The translations under genes were made by a program, and so were the position numbers. Under the pieces are notes generated by a model. The model ran no database searches. It had not been told where the DNA came from and saw only the letters and a list, made by a program, of their open reading frames with translations. A DNA stretch of 64,000 nucleotides from an uncultured virus (IMG/VR IMGVR_UViG_3300033149_004321). Taxonomy: Duplodnaviria; Heunggongvirae; Uroviricota; Caudoviricetes. The stretch lies in IMG/VR virus record IMGVR_UViG_3300033149_004321. One strand, given 5' to 3'. Shown here piece after piece: positions 29,058 through 37,906 of the stretch. Each line of letters opens with the position of its first letter. Positions within the stretch are counted from its first letter, which is position 1.

Positions 29058-30402
29058 ATGGAAGATAAAATAATTTCCCAACACCTTCAAGACTGTATGC
29101 TGAACCGTGCCATAGTTGATACTAATTTTTTATCTTTAATAAGGCACGTTTTAAAACCAGCTTATATGTCTGAAATGTCCAGATGAACATTTCCACGATG
29201 AGGCATTACATTTTGTAAATAACTTGCCAGAAAGCAAGCGTGAAGATTATGTAAAATATATCAAAAAAATCTTATCAATAAAAAAAGCCAATTCTGATTA
29301 TTTAATAAGCAGGGTAAATAAGTTTGTTAAAGCAAGAGAATATGAAAAAGCCGCCATTAATTTTGCTGAAGACGTATCCAAAGGTAAATTTGAAAAAGCC
29401 GAAAGAACAATTTTGTCTGCTATGAAAACGGGAATAGAAAGAGAGGATATAGGTTCGGATTATTTTAGGGACTTTTCGGATTTAGACAACAGATTTGAAA
29501 AAGAAAAACCGTTAGTAACCACCTGTTTTACTGCTTTAGATAAATTGATATTGGGGTTCAAGAGACAGGAGTTTGTGATTATTATGGGAAAATTCAAAGG
29601 GAAAAAATCATGGTATCTTTATGAAATAGCAAGACACGGATTAATGAAAGGATTAAACGTATTGATAATTTCCCATGAAAATTCTATAGCTGAAATAAGA
29701 AAAAGAATGGATATGATTTCTGGCGCTTTGCTTGATGAAAACACTTGTAAGAATGGTGAAGAAGGAAAGAAAATAAAATTGTTTTATTACGATGAAGAAG
29801 AAGAAAGAATAAAAAATGAAAAAGTGTATAGAGAAAGTGTGTTTAATTCCCAAGCTGTAAAAAAAACAAGGAAAACACTCGAAAGATTTGGTGGCAGGTT
29901 ACTCATAAAAAAGTATCCGCCAAGGGTAGCGAACATGTTTGAAGTAATGCGTTATCTTGACCACATAGAAAAATTTGAAAAGTTCATTCCAGATATTGTA
30001 ATTAATGATTACATTACTATTATGTCACCGCTTGAAGGAGATGAAAGAAAACCGCTACACGAATCGGAAAGAAATAACGGATTATTACATAAAACAATTG
30101 CAGATGACAGAAATTGTTTAGTGATAACAGCTTCACAAATTAATAGAGAAGAAGTAAATAAGCCAGTTCCAACCGTGAAAGGTTTTGCTGGCGCAATAGC
30201 GAAAGCAGGGGACTGTGATAAAACAATAGTAATATGCCAGACGGACGAGCAGGAAAAATTATTTCCGATTCAGGAGGGGAAGCTTTTTGTATTGCTTAAC
30301 AGAACGGGGAGCGGGCAACACCAACATTGTATATTTGGGTCAAATTTGATGATTGGTCAATTTGCATTATATTCAAGATTGGAACGTGGTCGAAAGAGAT
30401 GA
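29058..30402 (+). pseudogene. DnaB-like replicative helicase; frameshift near 29170
   Basis: GKFKGKKS Walker A-like, ISHEN, VINDY, ITASQINR; N-terminus MEDKIISQHLQD..AYMS is in a different frame from KCPDEHFHDE. Confidence 0.75.
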
Positions 30403-33128
30403 ACTACAAAGCTATAAAAAAATCCAAACTTGAAAATTTTTTTAAAAATATTAAATTCAAAACAATTCCTATGAAGCATCAATACATTGGACTATATTTT
30501 GCAATTAAAGAAAACTTAAATTCAGTTATGTTCTGGTTGGGCGTGGGAACGGGAAAGACCAAGTTGGCATTGGATTTATGTTTATTATGGAAAGTGAAAA
30601 AGATACTTGTCATTTGTCCAAATTCTGTAACTAAAACCTGGATTTATGAAACAAAAAAACATTCTGATTTCAAAGCTATAAGATTGATAGGAACTAAAAA
30701 TCAAAGAATAGAAAGATTAAATAAAAAAAGAAACATATACATAATTAATTATGAAGGCTTGAAAGTATTATATAGTAAATTAATTAATGAAAGATTTGAT
30801 TGTATAATTGCGGATGAATGTTTTCCTTATAATCAGAAAGTATTTACAAATAAAGGAGAAATTGAAATAGGAAAAATTGTGGAAGATAAAAAGAAAGTAA
30901 AAGTATTAACCTATAATCATAAAACGAAATTTTTAGAATGGAAAAAAATAAGAAAATTCATAAAAAACCCTATTACTAATGAAACAGAATTTGTTAAAAT
31001 AAATCATGAAAATGGTAATTTTGCTTGCACTTTAAATCATAAAATATATATTAAAGATAAAGGCTATATACAAGCAAAAAGCTTAATTAATTTATTTTCT
31101 TGTAAAGGGGAAAGCTATGAAAAGAATATTAATTTGTTGTCAATGCGAAAAAAAGTTTACAATGAAATATTGGCAAAAATATCGTTTAGAAAAAGATCCA
31201 GATGCAAAAGTATTTTGTTCCAAAAAATGTTGGGCAATTTGGAGATGCAAACAGCCGGAATATCAAAAAATGTTCAAGGAAGAACGTGTGAAAAAATTGA
31301 AACGGGGTATAATCAAATCAAAAAGAGAAAACAAAGAAGTGTGGGCAAAAAAATACAAAGCTTCTTCAGAAAGAATGAAAAAGAACAACCCCATGTACAA
31401 TTCAGAAACGCGGAAAAAGGTATCAGAAAAAAATCGTGGAAAGCCTTTTTTGATTCGTGGTGGAAACGGCAAAATACCAATACCCCAATTGATTCTTGCT
31501 ACTGCTTTAAATTGGAAAATGGAAATACCCGTAAAAACAAAACCTGCATCAAAGGGGCTTTTACCTGTCTTACCGCATTTACCAGATTGTTACAAAATAG
31601 ATATAGGAAACAAAAGAATGAAAATAGGAATAGAAGTAGATGGGCATTCCCACAATTCTGGAAAACAAAAATTTTTAGACAGAAAAAAAGAAATAGTGTT
31701 AAATTCTCTCGGCTGGAAAGTTTTAAGATTTACAAACAAAGAAGTATTAGAAGACCTTCCGAAAGTTCTTTCAAAAATAAATACATATATAATTTAGAAA
31801 TTGAAGATAATCATAATTATTTTATTAACAATATTCTTGTTTCAAATTGTCATTATGTCAAATCCAAGTTCGCCAATAGAACTATAATGACAAACCGCCT
31901 TTGCAGACAAACGAAAAAGAAAATATTTTTGACTGGCACGCCAATAGCAACAGATGAAAAGGATTTGTGGGCGGAATATTGGTGTCTTGATAATGGATTT
32001 TCACTTGGAAACAATTACTGGCGATTTCTGAACACATACTTTTACAAGAGTTTCTACGATTGGAAGCCAAAAAAAATATGTTCTATCTGTGGTAATTTTT
32101 ATATAAGTTTAAGAAACCATCTTAAAGAAAAACACCCAAGCATTTCAACTTTGGTATATCATAATAAATATAAAAATGAAAGAACAATACAAGAATTAAT
32201 ATTGAATAGGATTACAAATAAGACTTTGAGATACGAAACTGAAGAATGTCTGGATTTGCCTGAAAAAGTATATTTAAAATATTATGCAAAAATGACAAAG
32301 AGACAAAAGAAAGACACATTAAAATTTATATCAGAAAGATATAATGAACTAACAGAAGCAAACGTATTGACAAAAACAATAAGACTATCACAAATAACTG
32401 GGGGTTTCCTTATGAGAAAGAAAAATATTAATATAAAAAAGCATAAGCTTAAAGAATTAATTGAAGAAGGGAATAAATATAAAAGTGCGGAGGAATTTGT
32501 AAATGCCATATATAATAATCAAATTACATCAGTTTCTAAAGCACCTAATCCTATGAATCAAATGATTAATGTTGCCGCTATGGTTCAAGATGCGGGTTTT
32601 TTGGATGCCAAAGACTTTTGGAATAAAATGATAAAAAAGAAAATATACACATATAAAAAGAACCCTAAACTTGATTTATTATTGGAAGTATTGGAATCAA
32701 TAAAAGGGAAGTGTATTATATTTCATCGCTTCACAAGAGAAGCTGAAATAATTGAACAGGCTTTGGATAGCAAAAAAATAAATTACGCTTCTGTTCGTGG
32801 TAGCATTACGGGGAAGGAAAGAGAAAAGGAATTTAATAAATTCAAAAATAATTCAGGTTGTAATATATTAATTTCACATCCTAAATGCGGGGGAGAAGGT
32901 ATAAATCTTCAACACGCAAATTATGTCATATTTTATTCAAATAATTATGAGGGGGCTACCACAAGAATCCAAGCCGAGAATCGAGTGCATAGGGTAGGGC
33001 AAAACAAGAAATGCTTTATAGTCGATTTGGTTATTGAAAATTCCATTGATGAACAGATTTTGGATATTGGACTATCCAAAAAGGAAAAAGCGAAAAAAGT
33101 CTTGAATTATATCTCGAAAATGCACTGA
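30399..33128 (+). CDS. SNF2/DEAD-family helicase containing an intein
   Basis: GVGTGKT, INYEG, ADE|CH, LTGTP, GGEGINLQ, QAENRVHRVGQ. Confidence 0.92.
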   Translation: MNYKAIKKSKLENFFKNIKFKTIPMKHQYIGLYFAIKENLNSVMFWLGVGTGKTKLALDLCLLWKVKKILVICPNSVTKTWIYETKKHSDFKAIRLIGTKNQRIERLNKKRNIYIINYEGLKVLYSKLINERFDCIIADECFPYNQKVFTNKGEIEIGKIVEDKKKVKVLTYNHKTKFLEWKKIRKFIKNPITNETEFVKINHENGNFACTLNHKIYIKDKGYIQAKSLINLFSCKGESYEKNINLLSMRKKVYNEILAKISFRKRSRCKSILFQKMLGNLEMQTAGISKNVQGRTCEKIETGYNQIKKRKQRSVGKKIQSFFRKNEKEQPHVQFRNAEKGIRKKSWKAFFDSWWKRQNTNTPIDSCYCFKLENGNTRKNKTCIKGAFTCLTAFTRLLQNRYRKQKNENRNRSRWAFPQFWKTKIFRQKKRNSVKFSRLESFKIYKQRSIRRPSESSFKNKYIYNLEIEDNHNYFINNILVSNCHYVKSKFANRTIMTNRLCRQTKKKIFLTGTPIATDEKDLWAEYWCLDNGFSLGNNYWRFLNTYFYKSFYDWKPKKICSICGNFYISLRNHLKEKHPSISTLVYHNKYKNERTIQELILNRITNKTLRYETEECLDLPEKVYLKYYAKMTKRQKKDTLKFISERYNELTEANVLTKTIRLSQITGGFLMRKKNINIKKHKLKELIEEGNKYKSAEEFVNAIYNNQITSVSKAPNPMNQMINVAAMVQDAGFLDAKDFWNKMIKKKIYTYKKNPKLDLLLEVLESIKGKCIIFHRFTREAEIIEQALDSKKINYASVRGSITGKEREKEFNKFKNNSGCNILISHPKCGGEGINLQHANYVIFYSNNYEGATTRIQAENRVHRVGQNKKCFIVDLVIENSIDEQILDIGLSKKEKAKKVLNYISKMH
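30819..31847 (+). mobile_element. Intein (343 aa) in helicase motif II (DE|CH)
   Basis: Starts CFPYNQKVFT, block B CTLNHKIY, ends YNLEIEDNHNYFINNILVSN, Cys at +1. Confidence 0.92.
31117..31797 (+). CDS. Vsr/DUF559-type endonuclease nested in the intein in an alternative frame
   Basis: AAGGGG RBS then ATG; CCQC..FCSKKC zinc motif, NPM..ETRKKVS NUMOD-like, YKIDIG, IEVDGHSH, DRKKE..L..LGWKVLRF. Confidence 0.85.
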   Translation: MKRILICCQCEKKFTMKYWQKYRLEKDPDAKVFCSKKCWAIWRCKQPEYQKMFKEERVKKLKRGIIKSKRENKEVWAKKYKASSERMKKNNPMYNSETRKKVSEKNRGKPFLIRGGNGKIPIPQLILATALNWKMEIPVKTKPASKGLLPVLPHLPDCYKIDIGNKRMKIGIEVDGHSHNSGKQKFLDRKKEIVLNSLGWKVLRFTNKEVLEDLPKVLSKINTYII

Positions 33129-33270
33129 ACTTTTTGCCTAATTTTGTCAAGTATTTTCTGAAAAAAATTTAAAATAGTTTTTAAAATAAGTTGATTTTTG
33201 TTACTTATCTTAAATAAATACAACTAATTATATATATTAATAAAAAATATTAAAAAATATTAAAAAAGAC

Positions 33271-33299
33271 TTGACATTGTCAAATCTGTATATTATATT
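33271..33299 (+). promoter_or_regulatory. Sigma70-type promoter TTGACA-N17-TATATT with palindrome TTGACAtTGTCAA over the -35
   Basis: Direct reading; upstream tandem TAAAAAATAT repeats. Confidence 0.75.
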
Positions 33300-33335
33300 G
33301 TATATAGAAAACAGAAAAATTGAAAGGAGAAAAAA

Positions 33336-33530
33336 ATGGATATACCAAAAATTACAGCAAAAGAGTATAGAGAGGAATACAAATATCATTGCAAAAATAT
33401 TTCTTCTCCATATCCTTTTATCGTTTGGAAAGTGAAATATATTCATTTGCGGCAAATTCAGAATAGCAAAGATTATTCTGAAGAATCGCTGAAAAGGGAA
33501 AAAGAACTCTGTAATGAATTAGGATACTGA
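33336..33530 (+). CDS. Hypothetical protein
   Basis: AAGGAG RBS, first gene after the promoter. Confidence 0.6.
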   Translation: MDIPKITAKEYREEYKYHCKNISSPYPFIVWKVKYIHLRQIQNSKDYSEESLKREKELCNELGY

Positions 33531-33544
33531 AACAGGAGGTTATT

Positions 33545-33859
33545 ATGAAATTATCAGAAGCAAAAATATTATTTAAAAAGCAATACCCCAACGGCTTTAT
33601 TACAAGTGGTAAAAATATTTCTGGTTGTAAAAAAAGTCGGTGGGCAGTATGCTTTAATGAAAACGACAAAGTATATGAATATACTGGAACGTTAAGAAAT
33701 GTATTAATAAAAATATTGCCTATGTCCGAGAAGGACAAGGACTTATTATGGAACATAATTGGAAGGTGTGATAACGGATGTCCAATTGAGAAAAATGGGT
33801 TAAGCCATAAACATGGATATTGTGTTAATTGTGGTTCAAAAATTATACATTATTGGTAA
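33545..33859 (+). CDS. Hypothetical protein with C-terminal Cys motif
   Basis: AGGAGG RBS; CDNGC..YCVNCG. Confidence 0.65.
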   Translation: MKLSEAKILFKKQYPNGFITSGKNISGCKKSRWAVCFNENDKVYEYTGTLRNVLIKILPMSEKDKDLLWNIIGRCDNGCPIEKNGLSHKHGYCVNCGSKIIHYW

Positions 33860-33890
33860 AAAAAACAAAAAAATAGAAAGGAGATTTAAA

Positions 33891-34097
33891 ATGAAAAGAT
33901 TAATTAATCCTGACCAGAATAAAATATACCACGTTTGGCATTATTGCGTCAAATGTGGGAAAACTTGGACGCATTCTCAAGGCGATTTTGATAGTCTAAA
34001 AAAACACGAGTGTTTTTTAAATTTAAATGTTGGAGAAACATCGCCTTTCTATTTTAAAACAATATCAACTAAAATTGATGTGGTGATTATTAATTAA
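33891..34097 (+). CDS. Hypothetical protein
   Basis: AAGGAG RBS before ATG 33891; CVKCG. Confidence 0.55.
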   Translation: MKRLINPDQNKIYHVWHYCVKCGKTWTHSQGDFDSLKKHECFLNLNVGETSPFYFKTISTKIDVVIIN

Positions 34098-34117
34098 AGA
34101 GAAAACATAAATAAATT

Positions 34118-34432
34118 ATGAAAGCTCCGATTAAATTATTATTAGGTGCAATAAAAGACCTTGAGAAAGCTTATCAGAAAACCGCTAAAGTAAGTAAAAG
34201 TAAATCAATTCGTGGATTTGATATAGAAGATTTGAAAACAATAAGCAAACAGATTAAAGATAAAATTAATTCATTAGAGGGTTTTCTTGACCCCGATATT
34301 GCTTTGCAAAGGTCAAAGGAACTTACTGAATATTTCAAAGAAAGAAAAAAATCAAAACGTAAACTAAAAAATGCAAGAATTTTTGCTATAGAAAAAGAAA
34401 AGAAAAAGACAAAGAAAAGGAAAACAAAATAA
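34118..34432 (+). CDS. Hypothetical basic protein
   Basis: ORF in plus-strand run. Confidence 0.55.
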   Translation: MKAPIKLLLGAIKDLEKAYQKTAKVSKSKSIRGFDIEDLKTISKQIKDKINSLEGFLDPDIALQRSKELTEYFKERKKSKRKLKNARIFAIEKEKKKTKKRKTK

Positions 34433-34638
34433 TGGCAAAGTTAAATTCAAAAAGATTTAAGTTAATAGCAAAACTTATTAAAGACGGTAATATTAAATAT
34501 GCTATAAGAAGCGACCATAAAATTCTACACAGATATAGTGATGGGAGATATATTTTATATAGAGAAATAAAAAAAGGACACATTGAAAAAGTAATTAATA
34601 AATTTAAAGAAATGGGATATTCTGTTGAAAGATATTAA
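34432..34638 (+). CDS. Hypothetical protein
   Basis: Start overlaps the previous stop. Confidence 0.55.
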   Translation: MAKLNSKRFKLIAKLIKDGNIKYAIRSDHKILHRYSDGRYILYREIKKGHIEKVINKFKEMGYSVERY

Positions 34639-35421
34639 ATGAAATTATACAATATGACAGACATTAACACCAAAAAGTTGAAAAAAGTTCTTAATGCTAT
34701 ACTATGTGGCTGTCCGTTTGTAAGCAGGCACATGATTATAAAAGTATCGGGTTCATTGAGAACTACAGGTAAAAGTAAATACCACGCAAAATTGGATAAA
34801 TATTATCCTTTGCCTTCAAGCACAACACGGCTTTATGAAGCCGACTTTGTGAAAAAAAGGCAACTGATAATGGATTGCGGAGATAAAAAAACTTGGATAA
34901 GAAGCAATGGTGCTTATATCATTTGGATATTGCGATTAGGTAATATTAAAATTATTCCAAATGATTATAAAAAATCACTGAAAAATGTGAACAAATTTCT
35001 TGACGTATCATTGTGGGATATAATTCATCAATTTTATCTTGCCAGCCTTTTAATTGATAAAAGAAAAGGTGTTAATAATATTCCAGAAAAAAACAAAAAC
35101 TGGCATTGGTATAAAAAAACAGATTTGAGGCGACAAGCTGAAGATTTCACTTTTGATTTCACAGAAAGAAGAAAATATTTTCGTGGGTTTTTAAGAGTGA
35201 AAAATGAATTAGCAAAGGAAATATTGAATACGCTTGCTTACCTTAAAGGAATAAAAGTATTGCCTAAAGAAAGTATTGGTTATACAAGGTGTAGTCGGTG
35301 CGGAAAGAAAATCAGAATCAAAAAAAGATTATTCTGTAAAAAATGCAAAGAAGAAATAATAAATATGGTGGCTGGGGGACAGTTACCGATAGAATATTTA
35401 ACTATAAAAAGATGGAGGTGA
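34639..35421 (+). CDS. Hypothetical protein with C-terminal zinc ribbon
   Basis: CSRCG..FCKKC. Confidence 0.6.
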   Translation: MKLYNMTDINTKKLKKVLNAILCGCPFVSRHMIIKVSGSLRTTGKSKYHAKLDKYYPLPSSTTRLYEADFVKKRQLIMDCGDKKTWIRSNGAYIIWILRLGNIKIIPNDYKKSLKNVNKFLDVSLWDIIHQFYLASLLIDKRKGVNNIPEKNKNWHWYKKTDLRRQAEDFTFDFTERRKYFRGFLRVKNELAKEILNTLAYLKGIKVLPKESIGYTRCSRCGKKIRIKKRLFCKKCKEEIINMVAGGQLPIEYLTIKRWR

Positions 35422-35425
35422 TATT

Positions 35426-35656
35426 ATGAAAATAGACACAATTTCAAAAACAAATGCCCCTATTAATTCTTTATCACCAAAAGGTTGCACATGGAAAGCT
35501 AAATTTTCAAATAACGTAGAAGTTCAGTTCTGGACACCTTTGAATCTTTCAAGAGCAAAGGCAAAAATAAGACTTCTTGATATAGCCAATTATGGAAGGA
35601 AATACCCTGTTTATTTTAAAGAGGATATTATTCAAGTCTGGAAAACAAAAGAATAA
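35426..35656 (+). CDS. Hypothetical protein
   Basis: GGAGGTG RBS. Confidence 0.6.
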   Translation: MKIDTISKTNAPINSLSPKGCTWKAKFSNNVEVQFWTPLNLSRAKAKIRLLDIANYGRKYPVYFKEDIIQVWKTKE

Positions 35657-35692
35657 TTAATTACAAATTTTTTAATATAGGAGAATTGAAAA

Positions 35693-35960
35693 ATGAAGAT
35701 AACAGAATATTTATTAAAAGAATTAAAAGGAAAAAATAATTATAGAAAAGAAAGGTTTCAGTCTTGAACAATTATATCATATAGCTGAAATGATGCCCCC
35801 AGATATTTGGCCTTTATTAAGTGAAATACTGGGGTTAGATTATCCTTTAGAGAAATATCATCCTGTACCAGATGATATATTTACGGTTACCAAAGTAGAA
35901 ATTTTAGAAAATATTATAGACTGTGTTAATAGTTATGAAGATTGGGAAATAGATGAGTAA
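35693..35960 (+). pseudogene. Hypothetical protein with +1 A in the A6 run at 35731-35736
   Basis: AGGAG RBS; removing one A gives MKITEYLLKELKGKIIIEKKGFSLEQLYH...EIDE* overlapping the primase start; length is 3n+1. Confidence 0.55.
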
Positions 35961-36891
35961 AACAAACGTGAAAAAAACCCTTGAGCATTTTGAAATTGAT
36001 TTTGTTGAGGAATATGAACAGGTTTCAGACAAATGTTACGGTGTTCAATGTCCTTATTGTGATGATAAAAAATATCATTGCGGAGTGTTTAAAGATACAG
36101 GTTACTTTTCTTGTTTCAGATGCGGGGAAACGGGCAATCTTTTCAAACTGATTAATCAATTTCAAAGCATAGATTGGGAAACATTTAAATTTATTGCTTT
36201 TGAAGAAGAAGATAATGTTGAGGCAATAGATAGAATAAAAGAAATGTTCAATAATAAAACAGAAAATAAAGAAAAGAACATGGAAAAGATAGAAGTTGAT
36301 TTACCTAAATTTACTGTTCCAATATCAGAAGCGTGCAGAAAACCAATATTATATAATGTAGAGCCACTGATTAATTTTATTCTAAAAAGAAAAATAAATC
36401 ATAATAAATTATTAAATGAAAGTTGCTTGTGGTGTTATTACGGTGAGTTTGCTGGTAGATTAATCATTCCTATAAAAGAAAATAATAAATTGATAGGGTA
36501 TCAAGCAAGAGACATAACAAATAGAAGCAAGAATAAGTATGTTTTTTCTGCTGGATTTAAAGCTTCTGAATACCTTTACAATCTGAAAAATCAGAAATTG
36601 ATTTATCTAGTCGAGGGCATACTGGACTGTTGGCGTGTTGGTGATAACGCTGTCAGTTCTTTTAGTAGTCATTTGTCAAAAAAGCAAATAAATCTATTAG
36701 CAAATTCAAAAGTGCAAAAGATTGTTCTTATGTGGGATGGTGATGCTTATGATAAAGCATTAAAAATGGCAAAGGAAATTGCTCCTTTGTTCGAAAAGGT
36801 CGGCGTTGTTCAATTGCCTGTTGGAACTGACCCCGATTCGCTTGGGAAAAATAAATTAAAGAAATATTTAGAAAATATTAATTGGATTTAA
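35953..36891 (+). CDS. DNA primase (Zn finger + Toprim)
   Basis: CPYC..H..CFRC, GRLIIPI, GYQARDI, LVEGILD, MWDGD, DPDSL. Confidence 0.92.
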   Translation: MSKTNVKKTLEHFEIDFVEEYEQVSDKCYGVQCPYCDDKKYHCGVFKDTGYFSCFRCGETGNLFKLINQFQSIDWETFKFIAFEEEDNVEAIDRIKEMFNNKTENKEKNMEKIEVDLPKFTVPISEACRKPILYNVEPLINFILKRKINHNKLLNESCLWCYYGEFAGRLIIPIKENNKLIGYQARDITNRSKNKYVFSAGFKASEYLYNLKNQKLIYLVEGILDCWRVGDNAVSSFSSHLSKKQINLLANSKVQKIVLMWDGDAYDKALKMAKEIAPLFEKVGVVQLPVGTDPDSLGKNKLKKYLENINWI

Positions 36892-36902
36892 GGAAAAAAA
36901 CT

Positions 36903-37475
36903 ATGAATATTGAAGAAGCCATCAAAAATAAGAAAGTGAAAAAGATAATTAATTATCTTTCTGTCAAGGCATATATAAAACTTTCTTCTAATGCAACTTC
37001 AGAAACAACATATAGTATAGATGATTTCAAGCAAGAAGGTTATATTTGTTTAATAAAGATATTACCTCAATATAAAAAAGAAAAAGCTGAATTCCACACA
37101 TTCTTAAAGAACTGTGTGGAAAGACATTTCAAAGATATTATTAATAAGGAAAATAGATTGAATTATCCAATAACTGAAAATATTAATACACTTTTAGACT
37201 CATTAGAAAACCCAGTAAGACGGAAATCTGTTCAATTTATATCATACAATTCAAACTTTAATATATTTTTTATAGACAAATTATCATCAGAAGCAAGATT
37301 ATTTTATAATACAGTTTTTAATCCACCAGAAGAATTAAAAAATATATTGATAAAGAAAAGTAAGAAAAGAAGTAGGTGTAAATTAAAAAGTGTTGTGGCA
37401 GAGCATTTAAATTTTTCAAGACACCAATTGAAAAAAATTAAAAAAGAAATAATAAATAAAGCAGTAGTAATGTAA
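36903..37475 (+). CDS. Sigma-70 region-2-like factor (putative phage sigma)
   Basis: IDDFKQEGYICLIK..Y..EKAEFHTFL..CVERHFKD; C-terminal VAEHLNFSR HTH. Confidence 0.65.
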   Translation: MNIEEAIKNKKVKKIINYLSVKAYIKLSSNATSETTYSIDDFKQEGYICLIKILPQYKKEKAEFHTFLKNCVERHFKDIINKENRLNYPITENINTLLDSLENPVRRKSVQFISYNSNFNIFFIDKLSSEARLFYNTVFNPPEELKNILIKKSKKRSRCKLKSVVAEHLNFSRHQLKKIKKEIINKAVVM

Positions 37476-37498
37476 AAATAAAGAAAGGGAAAATATTT

Positions 37499-37681
37499 AT
37501 GCAAAAATCAATTAGAAAATCTATCTCGTTTACAAGGGAATTTTACAAAAATTTCTTGAAGTATATTAAAAAGAAAAATAAGGAAAAAGGGAAAGCTCCT
37601 TTGAGTTTTTCAAAGCGGGTTGAGGATACTTTAGCAAAACAAATGAAGTCGGAAGGGTTTTTTGATAAAGATAAGGAATAA
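37499..37681 (+). CDS. Small ribbon-helix-helix-like regulator (putative)
   Basis: RKSISF beta strand...SFSKRVED. Confidence 0.45.
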   Translation: MQKSIRKSISFTREFYKNFLKYIKKKNKEKGKAPLSFSKRVEDTLAKQMKSEGFFDKDKE

Positions 37682-37844
37682 AAATATAGTTATATGCTTC
37701 ACAGATTGCTTGTATTAAACTTTTATTGAAAAGTAATGGTAATGTATGTTTATTTAAAGAAAACTTATTAGAAATGATATTTTGAAACTTTTAACATAGG
37801 AAATTATTAATTACGCAAAATAACAAAACAACAGCAATAATTGA

Positions 37845-37878
37845 AAAGAAGTCTTGAGTTAATTTTCAAGACTTCTTT
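37845..37878. terminator. Bidirectional hairpin between convergent blocks
   Basis: aaagaagtcttga-N8-tcaagacttcttt, 13-bp perfect stem. Confidence 0.75.
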
Positions 37879-37906
37879 GGCAAAGACAACTATCAATCAG
37901 AAAGAT

